Source: Takakia lepidozioides | Taxonomy: Eukaryota; Plantae; Bryophyta | Assembly (NCBI GenBank): GCA_030704615.1 | Contig: CM060732.1 | Location: 2,108,001 to 2,172,000 of the forward strand | Direction: 5' to 3' | DNA length: 64,000 nucleotides | In this document: positions 13,500-26,243 of the stretch, piece after piece | Layout: each line of letters starts with the position of its first letter | How positions within the stretch are numbered: the first letter of the stretch is position 1 | Made by a program: the position numbers and the translations under genes | Notes under the pieces: generated by a model | Databases searched by the model: none | What the model was told of the DNA's origin: nothing | What the model saw: only the letters and a program-made list of their open reading frames with translations

Positions 13500-14189
13500 G
13501 TTTTTTAGCCACCTGATCCTGCACTCACCCATACACGGAGTAGGTGAGTCCCCTCCCACTTGAACCTGTAGGATCCAATCTTTCTCTTTAGCAGTCACAC
13601 TGGCTGCTGTCTCTCCGATACGAAGGTAGGCCAACACTGCTGCATCTTCATGCACATCCTTAGCATTACCAAGCTCATCACTGATCTCCAGATCGTCATG
13701 CACACCATCTACATGACCAATCCTATGGGATGGACCAGCTTGAGCTCCCATTGCTAGAATGTACAAAAAGGCAGATACATGTCATCCTTGCACCATCTCC
13801 TCATCCGTCTCACAATGCCACTGAGCTCCAGTATCATCATGCTCGCTCGTGCATGGATTACGACTCAACCCATCTGCATCTCGATTAACTATACATGCTC
13901 GATGCACCACCTGGAAGTCGTACACTTGAAGCATAAGTGCCCACCATCAACCACTTCAATGGTTGGTGATCCGTGACAATGGTGAAGAGATTGTCATAGA
14001 GGTAGCATCTGAAATGTGTCATTCAATTTATATGGTGACAATTCACCAAACATGAGTTTTCCCACCTTGTTTTGTTTTTTCTGTGGCTTTCTCTCTGTTT
14101 GCTTCTCTTGAGTGCTAACCACCTCTTAGTTTTCCAGGGCTGCCAGTTCACTTGCAAAGTGATCCCAAGGCTCTTCCTCCAGTGTATAC
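13500..14189 (-). mobile_element. Ty3/gypsy pol remnant (pre-integrase region); continuation of 26960-29100 across the MULE insertion
   Basis: DVHEDAAVLAYLRIGE...KEKDWIL / YKWEGTHLLRVW-like segment. Joined to the other side through the TSD TCCTCAAGG. Confidence 0.55.
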
Positions 14190-14580
14190 TCCTCAAGGCA
14201 GCGTAGCTACGGCGTGAGCCCAGCCCCATGAGCCTGGGAGCTGAGCTCACGCTTCAAGGAAGCGTGAGCGGCACAAATCTGTTGGAGAAGCAGGTCATAT
14301 AGGCGAGGATTGCAAGAAGAGGGCCTATTACCGTGGACAAAACAAAGGGGCCACCATGCACCATGTCTGCAATGCCTGCACAAAAAGAGGAATATGAAAA
14401 TATGGCAGAATTGAGCTCAGAATGATTTACACACTTCAATTCACAGATAGACGCTTACAATGAATGACATGTGCATTTGCCCTGGTTCCGTGAACGAAAT
14501 GTATGTGTTTGTCCTAAATGCAAAGTCTTCACACGGTAACCTTGAAACCAGCATGGGAAGCGGGCATGGCTCGTATGTGT

Positions 14581-17500
14581 TCAAAGAGAATTTGGCGGAG
14601 CCCTATGTGAGGTGTCCCGCTACAGAAGGGTGATGACTTCTCCATAGCCTAGTGTGGCTTGGTGAATGAATTGGTCTCTCTTACCGTCGCAACATATATT
14701 TACAAGGTATATGTAATATTGATGCTTGCAGGGGACCCACTTCCCTCTCATGCCGAGAGTGCCCTCACGCATCGTTACAAAATCCGGACAAGTGCAAGTA
14801 GGGAAATTCCCCACGGTAACCTGATATTCTTTGCCATGAAGAACTGAGCCAATAGACAGCACTGTGTAAATCCGTCCATACCCCGGGGCAGGGACTTCGG
14901 TGATACGAGCCTCCCGAGCCTACAAAATTCTAGCCGATTCCATCTTGCATTCGTGATCTGCACCCGAAGCGACACGGCGCACTGTTTTTTCATCTCTTTT
15001 TGTTGGGTGGGAGTCGGCACCGGATGGAGGCATTGCCGCAGCTTGTGGCACATCTGTGCCGACAGTGCACAAGGGCACCACTCGGGATCGTGCAAGACAA
15101 AACTCTCCCTCCTCCAGCATGCTATCTCGGTTGTTGACAGCGACGTCCCCAAGTTTCACAGGCCAATTGCGGGGGGAGGGGGTTTCATTATCACCGAAGG
15201 ACGAACTGTTCCCTTTGACGCATCGTGCCATATCGTCTTGGGCAGAACCAGAACTTGTGGTCCTTTGACTCCCCACTATGATAAGGTCGGAACAACCCTG
15301 TGAATGTTGGAGCTGGAGTCCCCCAGGAGCCTTTGCATATTTTTGATTTGCATTTCTTGAAAGAGGGGGTCCGAATTGCCATGCAAGCAACTCTAGATCC
15401 TGGTAGGGTGCGTTCTATATGCCACTCACTATCAATGCAATCAGATTCCTACACCATGGCCACCACCTCCTCCATGGGATTCCTGCTGCTGTGCTTGCAT
15501 GTTCTGCACCTGCTCCACAGGAGGAGGACCCACCTGGGAAGGGGCCGGCACACGACTTAGTCTGCCTGGAGACACCTTTGGCACAGAGAAATTGACCCTG
15601 TCTGGGCGATGGGAATCTCCATCTGAACCTGGAAGAGTGTTCAATTTCCTTTTGCATGATCCAAATCTTTCCTCGCCTTCCAAATGAGGGAGCCTGGATT
15701 GCAAAGGGGAGCCTTCAGTGCACCTGTTCAGAGCTCTGGCCATCTTGGATGGGTCTCCGGACCTACTCGCAGCCCTTAGCATCAACAAAGTCGTCACCGG
15801 GGCCCTTGCCTCCACCCCGTCCCATCAGAAAATTGCGGTACCTGGTTTGTTTGTGAGTGCCCGCACCATGTCATCAGCAGTGGCCATACAAGTCACGACC
15901 TGCTTTGGTAGATTGCTGCATCCAGGCGTTATGAACAGTCTCCGCCAAATTACAGGATGGCATGTCGGCCAAGTCCTCCAAGGACATGTCCTGCATGAGG
16001 CATTGCATGGAAATGTGAGGAAGGAAAGGAAATGGAAAAGGTTCTGCAAGCGACAATCCAAGAACCCCAAATGAAGAGGCACGATGCAAAATTTCTGATT
16101 TTGGGATTCAAGAGGCTTACCGTCGTCATGAAAGCTCCCCACTGTCTGTATCTGAAGTGCCAGAAAACCACCAGTCCTCCAACTCCTTCAGGTGGATACC
16201 AGTAGCAGCACCAGAGGAGAACCACCAAGCCCGGATTGCTTGGTAAGTGCTCTCAGCTTCTCCCATTGAGTTGGCATTTTTTTGTACTTGAGACATAGCC
16301 TTCTGTGCTCCAACTGAAGGTCAGGGTGAATGCACTGCTTTGTATGACATGCCAGAGATTGACTCCAATGGAAGAGGCATGTGCGCTCCCTATTTTCCAT
16401 TGGGACCTTAGGATCCCCCCGAACAAACACGCGCCGCACTGCATTGAAATTTGCCTGTGCACTATCAGCCATGAAGCCCCAAAATTTGTGTTCTGTATTC
16501 CATTGCGCTGCATGATGGCCAGGAGCGAATTCCACATGAGCATCTGGGATTCAGTGTCCTCCGACTGCATATCACAAATTGCTATTGAGAGCACACGCTG
16601 GTACGCTCATACACATGGCACGCCATGGTTGTCCAACCCTTCACCCGTTTGCAGTGATCAAACATCAACCAACATTTAGCCAAATCTCCTCCAGGTTGCA
16701 TTCGGCGGACAATGCTCACACACCACTGCCTTCGCCCACTGTGGACATCTTGAACAAATACACCTTGATGAGCCTGGCCAGGGAAGATACTGTTTTGAAT
16801 GAATTCATAGCGACTTCCTCCGTTTGAAGTCCATAATGTTGTCCATGAATCCAGCAGTGCCTGTGCCGACTCTGAGTGCATTCACCTGGTTTCGAATATT
16901 GGGAGAGCTCAACACGGAAAAATGGTCCATCACTGCATCAAGCGAATCTGCATCCAGCATTATTGTGTCGAATCCTCTTCACCCAATATGTGTTTTTTCC
17001 AGGAAAGCCTTGCTAGCTGCAAGCGCTATAGCAGAAGGTGTTGCACAAGGGGCATTGTGGACTCCTGCTTCACCAGATTTCTAGCGATGTCCACGCTATC
17101 CCTGCAACTTCCTTTGGACACAGGATGCTCGTGTGCACCCATATGAATGCAGGCACGAGTCATTGTCTTGCATCGGTGTGCCACTGGTACATACAAGCGT
17201 GGCACACAGAAACACAGGACGGGGAAAGTTTGCAGAACCTGCACACAAAAGTATTGGTCTTGGGAGGGGCAAGTCCTGGGGAAAGGATTCAAGGCACACC
17301 TTCTCCCACTCACTTTCGTTTGGTTGAGTGCTGTTTCTCAGGCGAGGGCAAATATATATTCGGGCACTTGCAATGCCCAACGCAAACCGACCTTCGAAAT
17401 TTCAATCCAATGTCGTTGTGGACGTTTGACGTTTTTGTCCTGCACCAAGGGTGTCCGTCATGTTTCTTGTCCATGCCCTGCAGAAGCCCAGCCAGTCCAT

Positions 17501-18140
17501 TGGAAGTCGTGGGAGGGTTGAGCTCAAACAAGATGTCCCCATCAAACTCTGCTGGCACGTATTGAACCCGCTGCACACGAAGGGACTCCCAATCAACAAA
17601 ACGCAGCTCGCTCTTGCACCCAGGCACCCCTGCGAGGGCTTTCAATTTTGGAATGACACTCGTATCTCTTGCAATTCGGATTCATCCAAGAATGTAGTCT
17701 GCATTGGCGGAGAAATCTCAGAAACATCCTCCGAGGACGAGTCTGAAAGAGTCACGAATGTAGTGGATGTGCTCACCTCTTGTTTCACATGAACTGTGCC
17801 CTTTTGCTGCACGACCGATGCTGCAGTTCCAGGGGTAATGACTGATCCTGCTGATTGTCTTCTCTCTTTTCCAAGGACACGGTATGTGCCTGGAAGGACT
17901 CTCCACTTCCTTCCACACTCGCCAACCAATGGTTTCTCCAAATGTCCAGAATCCAAATTCCCATCCTCGTCATACACCTCTTTTTGAACAAGCAGAGAAA
18001 CCCAATTCCAGTGGGAACACTGTAACCAGCTCATCCTCATGAACAACTGCAAACCCATCGTCGTCTGCAGTGGCAGTCAGTGGAAGACTACCTGCATTGG
18101 AATGAAATCAGGCTAGTCTATCTCTGTCCCTGGACATGTT
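14581..18140 (-). pseudogene. MULE transposase (GCM-like zinc domain, DDE core, SWIM), frameshifted
   Basis: HDGHPWCRT..CVGHCKC..C..C..GAHEHP; WLMFDH; FMADSAQ; CLFHW; NLAETVH; CTCPDF..CKH. Intron at ~16121-15992. The 5' start is approximate. Confidence 0.85.
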
Positions 18141-19105
18141 TTCCTACGCTGACCGAAACTTTCGATTCACAACGGAATCCCCGAATTGATAGCCCGCAAT
18201 TCTCGAAAGGGGATCCACCACAAAAAAATTGAGGTCAACAAGGGTAGCACTAACCCAAAGGCTGCGGGCGATGCATCAAAAGGATGCAGGAATGACATGC
18301 ACTGAACTTCGGAGATAACCACGCTGAGACACCAACTAGAAAAACTGTTTTCAAATACAGGAAGCCACAAGAAGCCGTGCTGTTTTTGGATGAAAAACAA
18401 ACCCTGAACATGACATGAAACCATCCTTTATGGAAAGACGGCAACAACCCTGGAGAGCAGTAAACAGGAAGACCCCGAATGTAATGAGCCGTGCCAGAAG
18501 AGCACAGCACAAACACTGACACTCCAAGAGTCACCTCGCACGGATGTGTGCAACACAAGATCATTTCCGACACAACCCTTTATACCGAATGACCCCATGG
18601 CGACGATGACGGCAAAATGCAAAGCACAGGGCAGGCAGTACGAAACACGTGGATGCATATGTGAAGCACAACATTTATGGCGAATCTGCAAGAACTGCTC
18701 CAAATTGAACTAGCATTAGATTTCTACGGCACTTCCGAATTTGAAACCATGCAAGAAGGCCGCCATATATTGGCAGGCGGCGAAGTACGATCTGACATAT
18801 ATCTGACAGTACATGCAAAGTACATGTATGTACATGTACATATTTTCTAGCACTTTATTTCTTGAATAATACAAAGACGCCGAAATGGATGAATTCCGTT
18901 CGCACACAATAACAACACCCGCATCCAAATATGGTTGACAATGTCCAATTTTGATTTTGTTACATGCAATAGCAACCCTTGTTGCAAACGTCAAACTGGA
19001 GAGCTCTAGAGGCATCGTGGGGAGCCCTGTTTCCAGAGGAGGAGGAAGAGAAGGAAGTCATTATACTTCACGAGCTCTAGAAATAGGAATAGAGCCAGAT
19101 ATAGA

Positions 19106-22100
19106 ATGAGGATGGAAAGAGTGGCCGAAGAGGAAAAGGCGGAAGAAGAGGGCAAAGAGCAAAGTTCGGCGATGGAAGAGCAGGAATCCGGGGAAGAACA
19201 GCAACCTGCCATAGTTCCAAGAACAGATGAGGAGGACACTGCATCCGAGGGAAAGGCAGACGCCGAAGATGATGTTGACGCTGGCCTCACGAAGAACCTA
19301 ATAGTGGAAGAGAGGATGGGGGAGATGCTCCAGAACATGAGAGGCGTGCAGAGCAGTCCGAAGCGCAAAGGGTCCCCGGCGAATGGGGAGTCTTCTGGAG
19401 CAGCCAAAAAAAAGGTACAATCTTTGAAACCCACCTTTGTGCTTCATTGCTGATGTGAACCCAAGTTGAGAATCTATTTCGATATGAACATAGTCTACAC
19501 ACCGCATCTCTGCCAGGTTGCATCAACGGCAAACAAGAAGCTCAAAAAGTGTGCGTTGACGCACACTGTTGGAGCCTTCCATTTTGCTGGCTTGTTGATG
19601 TTTGAAACGGCCAAATTGGGGAACTATGGCAGGTTAAATCCACCATGAATTAAATGCTGAAACAGTGTGCGTTGACACACACTGTTTGAGCCCCGCATTT
19701 TACTTGATTGATGGTGTGAAAAATGGCCAGATAGGGCCACTATGCCCGGCTCAATTCTCCACTATTTGGCAGCTCAAACAGTGTGCGTTGGCGCACACTG
19801 TTTGAGCCCACCTTGTCATTGTTTTTTCATCTGAAAAACGGCCACAAACGGCATGTATTTGAGGATCAATCGTCACTTACATGGCAGCTCAAACAGTGTG
19901 CGTCAACGCACACTCTTTGAGCTCACATTGTCATTGCCTTTGTCATCTGAAAATCGGCCACATAGGGTATGAATTTGAGGATCAATCATCACTTACCTGG
20001 CAGCTCAAACAGTGTGCGTTGGCGCACACTGTTTGAGCTACCCTTATCATTGCCTTTTTCATTTCAAAATCGGCCACATAGGGCATGTCTCTGAGGACCG
20101 ATGAACACTTATCTGGCGCTCAAACAGTGTGCGTTGCCGCACACTGTTTGAGCACACCTTGTCTCTGTTTTTCCCCTGTGAAATTCGGCAATACATGGCA
20201 TGTCTCGGAGGTTCAATCATCACTTATCTGGCAGCTCAAACAGTGTGCGTCAACGCACACTGTTTGAGCTCACCATGTCATTGCATTTGTCATCTGAAAA
20301 TCGGCCACATAGGGTTTGTATTTGAGGTTCAATCATCTTTTACCAGGCAGCTCAAACAGTGTGCAATGCCGCACACTGTTTGAGCACACCTTGTCACTGT
20401 TTTTCCCCTGTGAAATTCGGCAATACAAGGCATGTGTCTGCGGTTCAATGAACACTTATCTGGCAGCTCAAACAGTGTGCGTCAACGCACACTGTTTGAG
20501 CTCACCATGTCATTGCATTTGTCATCTGAAAATCGGCCACATAGGGTTTATATTTGAGGTTCAATCATCACTTATCTGGCAGCTCAAACAGTGTGCGTCA
20601 ACGCACACTGTTTGAGCTCACCATATCATTGCATTTGTCATCTAAAAATCGGCCACATAGGGTTTGTATTTGAGGTTCAATCATCACTTACCTGGCAGCT
20701 CAAACAGTGTGCGTCAACGCACACTGTTTGAGCTCACCATATCATTGCATTTGTCATCTGAAAATCGGCCACATAGGGTTTGTATTTGAGGTTCAATCAT
20801 CACTTACCTGGCAGCTCAAACAGTGTGCGTCAACGCACACTCTTTGAGCTCACCATATCATTGCATTTGTCATCTGAAAATCGGCCACATAAGGTTTGTA
20901 TGTGAGGTTCAATCATCACTTACCTGGCAGCTCAACAGTGTGCGTCAATGCACACTGTTTGAGCTCACCATATCATTGCATTTGTCATCTGAAAATCGGC
21001 CACATAGGGTTTGTCTCGGAGGTTCAATGAACAGTTACCTGGGAGCTCAAACAGTGTGCGTCAATGCACACTGTTTGAGCTCACCATGTCATTGCATTTG
21101 TCATCTGAAAATCGGCCACATAGGGTTTGTCTCGGAGGTTCAATGAACAGTTACCTGGGAGCTCAAACAGTGTGCGTCAATGCACACTGTTTGAGCTCAC
21201 CATGTCATTGCATTTGTCATCTGAAAATCGGCCACATAGGGTTTGTATTTGAGGTTCAATCATCACTTACCTGGCAGCTCAAACAGTGTGCGTCAACGCA
21301 CACTGTTTGAGCTCACCATATCATTGCATTTGTCATCTGAAAATCGGCCACATAGGGTTTGTATTTGAGGTTCAATCATCACTTACCTGGCAGCTCAGAC
21401 AGTGTGCGTCAACGCACACTGTTTGAGCTCACCATATCATTTCATTTGTCATCTGAAAATCGGCCACATAGGGTTTGTCTCGGAGGTTCAATGAACAGTT
21501 ACCTGGCAGCTCAAACAGTGTGCGTCAACGCACACTGTTTGAGCTCACCATGTCATTGCATTTGTCATCTGAAAATCGGCCACATAGGGTTTGTATTTGA
21601 GGATCAATCATCACTTACCTGGCAGCTGAAACAGTGTGCGTTGCCGCACACTGTTTGAGCACACCTTGTCACTGTTTTTCCCCTGTGAAATTCGGCAATA
21701 CAAGGCATGTGTCTGCGGTTCAATGAACACTTATCTGGCAGCTCAAACAGTGTGCGTCAACGCACACTCTTTGAGCTCGCCTTGTCATTGCCTTTGTCAT
21801 TTGAAAATTGGCCACTAAGGGCTTCTCTTTGAGGTTCAATGAACACTTACCTGGTATGTCTCTAAGGTTCAATGAACACTTATGTGGCATGTCTCTGAGG
21901 TTCACTGAACACTTACCTTGCAGCCCAAACAGTGTGCGTCAACTCACACTGTTTGAGCTCACCTTTTCTTTTTTTCTATCTGAAAATCGGCCACTAAGGG
22001 CTTCTCATTGAGGTTCAATGAACACTTACCTTGCAGCTCAAACAGTGTGCGTCAACGCACACTGTTTGAGCTCACCTTTTCTTCCACACATGGCCTGTTT

Positions 22101-25100
22101 GCCATGCTCAAACACCATCGTCTCATGCCTCACTCTTATATCAATTTGAATGGACAACCCTGCAGGAGAAGATGCAAAGTGTGGCGGAGGAGATCCCTTC
22201 GGGGCTGGGGAAGGATATCATTTTTGATATTGACGATGAGTTCTATGAAAGCAAAGCCGTTGAGATGCTGGGGGGTCAGAAGGTAAACTGTCAGCTTGTG
22301 GTGCAAAGTATGCTTGCCCCGGGTGGGAGGTTGAAGATTCCCCTGTGTAGGATGGTTTCCATGCCCGTCGTTCGACCACCCCTCATCAAGGACATTCTCA
22401 AGCTAGAGGCCGAGTTTGTTCATGGGTATTTGGATGGATCCGCAGTGTTTTACGTTTGTACAAAGGATTCCACAGGCAATGAGCTCCTTGTGGATGAGTC
22501 AATCGTGGACTCCTGGGATCCTATTTGGAGACAGGTGAACGAATCCTTCGAACTTCTTCTCTCCAGGAAACCTTCCACCCAGGCATTCTCGGGGAGATGT
22601 TCACGTTTGGGATGGGAACCACCGATTGCTTGCATGGATGGCTGTTATTGGGAGGCTGCACTCACAGGAGGAAGAGTGGCATTACTCTGTTCGATCGATG
22701 GTGTTGGATTGTGAGGGGAACATGATGGGTCTTCTGATGGCAATGAATGATGTGAACATGTTGGTTTCTCATTCTACATGTTCCACTTGTAGTTCCGTGG
22801 TTCTTTGATTAAAGTCCTTGAATTTCATTCTGACTTTCAGATATCATTCTGCAGAGGAACGGAGACATCGCATGTCAAAACGAGTCTGGTTCACACACTG
22901 TATAGGATACAAAGGATCGGGCAGATGCCCTTGACCAACTTCAAGACCATCCTTTCAGCAGAGACGTACAAGAAGTGCGAAAGCTCCAAGACATCAGAAA
23001 CGTGGTACCCGTTGACACGTGAGGCTTTCATGGAGTACATGTACACGGTGAGATACATCTTCCTTCATCTGCTCTTTCCATATTCCTGCTTCCACATGTT
23101 TGTTTCTGTTTGTTTCCCTTGCCCTTGGGTTGATGCAACTCTCGTGCATTCCCTTGCAGATGCAGGGGAGCGTGGCAAACTGGAATACTACAGGTCAACC
23201 CCTGAGGAGAGAAGGACAGCAAAGGGGGTTGAGACTCACATCCAAAAAGAGATGACCGCTACATGAAGGACTATAATGAGTGCTTTTGTGAAGCAGTTGA
23301 GAATTGCCGACCCATCATTCGGATCGCAGTTTCTCTTGGAGATAAAAAACCATTATAACAAGCCAGGCAAGCCAAAGATGGCCCAGGAGAAGTTACACAG
23401 GTTGTCTACCGCCGTTGTGTCTTCAGAACAGAAGGTGAAGTGGCTACAGATATGGAACTCCGATCCCACAGTTAGGGATACCCACATGTTCCCCAGGCCG
23501 GAGAAAGAGAAGAAGACCCAGCGTGTCATTCCAGTCAGTGACAATGTGCTGGACACATGGCTTCACAAGGCCACTTACTGGAGCCAGGTGTGATGTCCTT
23601 TCCTGTGTCACTTTCTTTTCTCTTTTCCTGTCCTTCTCTTTCCATTGCCTCTCACATTCGATGTGATTTTTTTTGGGTTCATTCTTGCATTTGAATTGTT
23701 TTGCAGTTGGAAGAAAGGGCACGGTGGGTTCTGCATACTCAGCTGGCTGACTATGACATCACTATGACAGCACCAAAGGTCTCCTTCGAAGCATACATGA
23801 GGAAATGGAGAGCCACAGTGTGGCACTCTTGTTTCTTTAGAGAGTTCAGCAAGGAGGGTGGCATCAGTCGAACACATGACCTTGACCAGCAAGAAAAAGG
23901 AGAGGAAGCCTGGAAACGATGCCTTTACAGGTGCACACCCTGGGCCGTTCAGGCTACTTAGTGTGCTGTGGTTGCAATGTATTGTGACGCATACAGTTTA
24001 AGGGGTCTTCCTGCTGTGATGGAAAAGCTGAGAGACAATAATTGCATTGCATAATGAGGTTGTCTTTGTTCCTGCAGGTACATAAAGTTGTTCTCATGGA
24101 AGAGAATTGCTTGGACAAACATCCAGATTTCGTGGACCTCTGGCTTGTCCCTACTGGCAATCAGACCATGTTCACTACTGGGATCTTGCATGACTGGGGC
24201 CCAGATCATCTTTCTTCTTGTGGTTGGTATTTGGATTGCCCTCATTCTGAGACCCCAGCTCTGGAGGTGTCTTTGAGGAGAGAGAATGAGCGAATTGCAG
24301 CCACTGCCGCAGCAGCCGACCTCGACATTCATGAACGAAATTTGAGGACTCTTGCAGAGAAGGAGCCTCCCGCTCAGGATACCCCGGGTAGAGGTAGAAA
24401 GGCAAAGGGGAAAGATGTTGCTGGTGTTGTGGGGAAAGGAAGGGGTAGAGGGAAGGTGGCACAAGGGCAGGGAAGTGTTGCAGATATTGGCCCAGTGGTG
24501 CATGTCCAGCAGACTCCACCGCATGGTAGGGGATCCGTGAGAAAGAACAAGGGGGTGGTTGATCCCAAGGACCCGTACCATGCAGTGGAACATCCGACGA
24601 GGGTCATTCGCCCTACCAGGTTGGAGATGGCCAACGTCGGATTCCTTGCCATGATGGAGTCCAAGAAATCTGATTACAAGGGCGAGCCATCACCAGTGTG
24701 GGAGGGGATTGTGGAGTTCCTCGGCATGGTGCGTGTTCTCTTTTGCTTCTTCTCTGCAGTGGGCATGGATCGTTTCAATCCTCTTGAGTATTCCATTGTA
24801 ATTTGTTTGCAGGCTAAAATGACCAAATCCTGGGTGAACGGGAAGGAGAAGCAATATGCAGCCGAACTCATAATCTTGGACATCCCTGATGGGTTGGCAG
24901 TCCCGGATGTCCCTCCATCGGGTGCTTGTCCAGGTTGGAATGCTTTTGATGAGCGCTACTGGCGGTGGGTTTTCTCCTTTGCAATTTTTTCCTGTCCGAT
25001 GCAGGTGTTTTGGTGCTCATACAGTCCGCCGACGTTCACTGTCGCCGTGCACTTGCCAGCTATATGAAAGCCTCGGGCATGAGAGTCCTGAAGACATGGA

Positions 25101-26243
25101 ATTGTGTGAACAGCGAAGGGGGATCGTCCGGGAGAGATGGTAAATTTGCCTTCTTCTTCCTCTTCTTGGTGGTTCTCGGATGGAGTTGTGTAGGTCGCTC
25201 GAACTCATATGTAGGGGCCTGATTTTTTAAGCTTCTTAGTTCCTTCTGGATGTGTTGTTCGCAGACTCGTTTGTTTGAAGCTGTTTGTCTCGTCCGAGTG
25301 CATCCACCAACGACTCCGGCCGGCATTTCGGAGTTCGCCATCACTCATGGGGGCAAGTTCATAGACGACAGGACAGATCCTCCAACGGATGACATGCACC
25401 ACAACTACGTCGACAACAACGTCTGCTTGCGAAGGGGGAATGGGGTTCCTTGGAGAGGGGCGAGGGAGAGGAGCCCGGCTTTCATTCAAACGATTGTGGA
25501 GTGCTGCACCTACACAGACGCCAGAGTTCTGGATTTGTCAATGGGCACAGGTTCGTCTCTTCAACATTCGGATTTCATGAGGTTTGATTCAGCTTGCACT
25601 TTCAGTACTTCCCACCGTTCCATATGTGTCTTCAATGTCTGCTTCCTTCATTCTATTCCACTGCAGGTGCTTCGTACCACGCTTGCAAGGCCAGTGCCCG
25701 ACATCTCTTTGGGATTGAAGGGGATGCTGAGATTTACAAGAACCTCCTGATGGGTTTGGGTGGACACACTTCTCAAGTCCTTCCGAAGCCCCGTCCCGTT
25801 GATATTGATACAGAAGAGACTTCCGACAAGGAGCTGGACTCCGACTTTGCCTGTGAGTAAGTTCAACCTGTGGATGCTTGCATTGTTGTTTCAATATCGA
25901 GAATCACTCTTCTTGAGGCAAAGTTCACATGGCAGACATCCTCTTCGTTGGACTTGTGTATTGCATATTGTGTTCTGAATGGGTTTTTGTCGACATGTGC
26001 AGGAGTCCGCGTGCTTCCACTTGCCCTCCAGGGCTATCACACCTATTTGGACTTCTTTCCAGTCCTCCTCGGTCTTGCGTGCTACCTGTCTATGCGGAGG
26101 CACTCGCAACAAGCATGACCGTTCATGGCACTCGGAGTCCACCCATCGACGGCCGTGGTAGAAGACGTGGTGCTGGGGCCAGAATCTTTGTGGATGACAT
26201 AGCACAGGAGGTCAAGACTGATTCTGATGACTGTGACACTTGA
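19106..26243 (+). pseudogene. Multi-exon accessory gene: acidic N-terminus, ParB/Srx-like domain and beta-class N6/N4 DNA methyltransferase-like domain
   Basis: Predicted exons: ~19106-19414, 22166-22760, 22854-23047, 23160-23587, 23707-23951, 24078-24729, 24813-25139, 25265-25549, 25667-~25853, ~26003-26243. WDGNHRLLAW at ~22610; ELIILDIPDG at ~24865-24895; RERSPAFIQTIVECCT..RVLDLSMGT|GASYHACKASARHLFGIEGD. A few frameshifts and stops. Confidence 0.75.
19535..22075. repeat. Intronic tandem array of ~22 units of ~116 bp, each with a 36-38-bp palindrome AGCTCAAACAGTGTGCG-NNNN-CGCACACTGTTTGAGCT
   Basis: Counted from the sequence; for example 20241 to 20473 equals two periods of 116 bp. Confidence 0.95.

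Noticed and set aside
20085-22011. Many Cys/His-rich short ORFs in the arrays (also 39080-39697 and 47156-48430)
   Set aside because: They are translations of repeat units in all frames, not proteins.
19535-22075. CRISPR array (36-bp palindromic repeats at regular spacing; also 1385-3295 and 47325-48360)
   Set aside because: Spacers are homologous to one another, there are no cas genes and the context is eukaryotic; these are tandem repeats.
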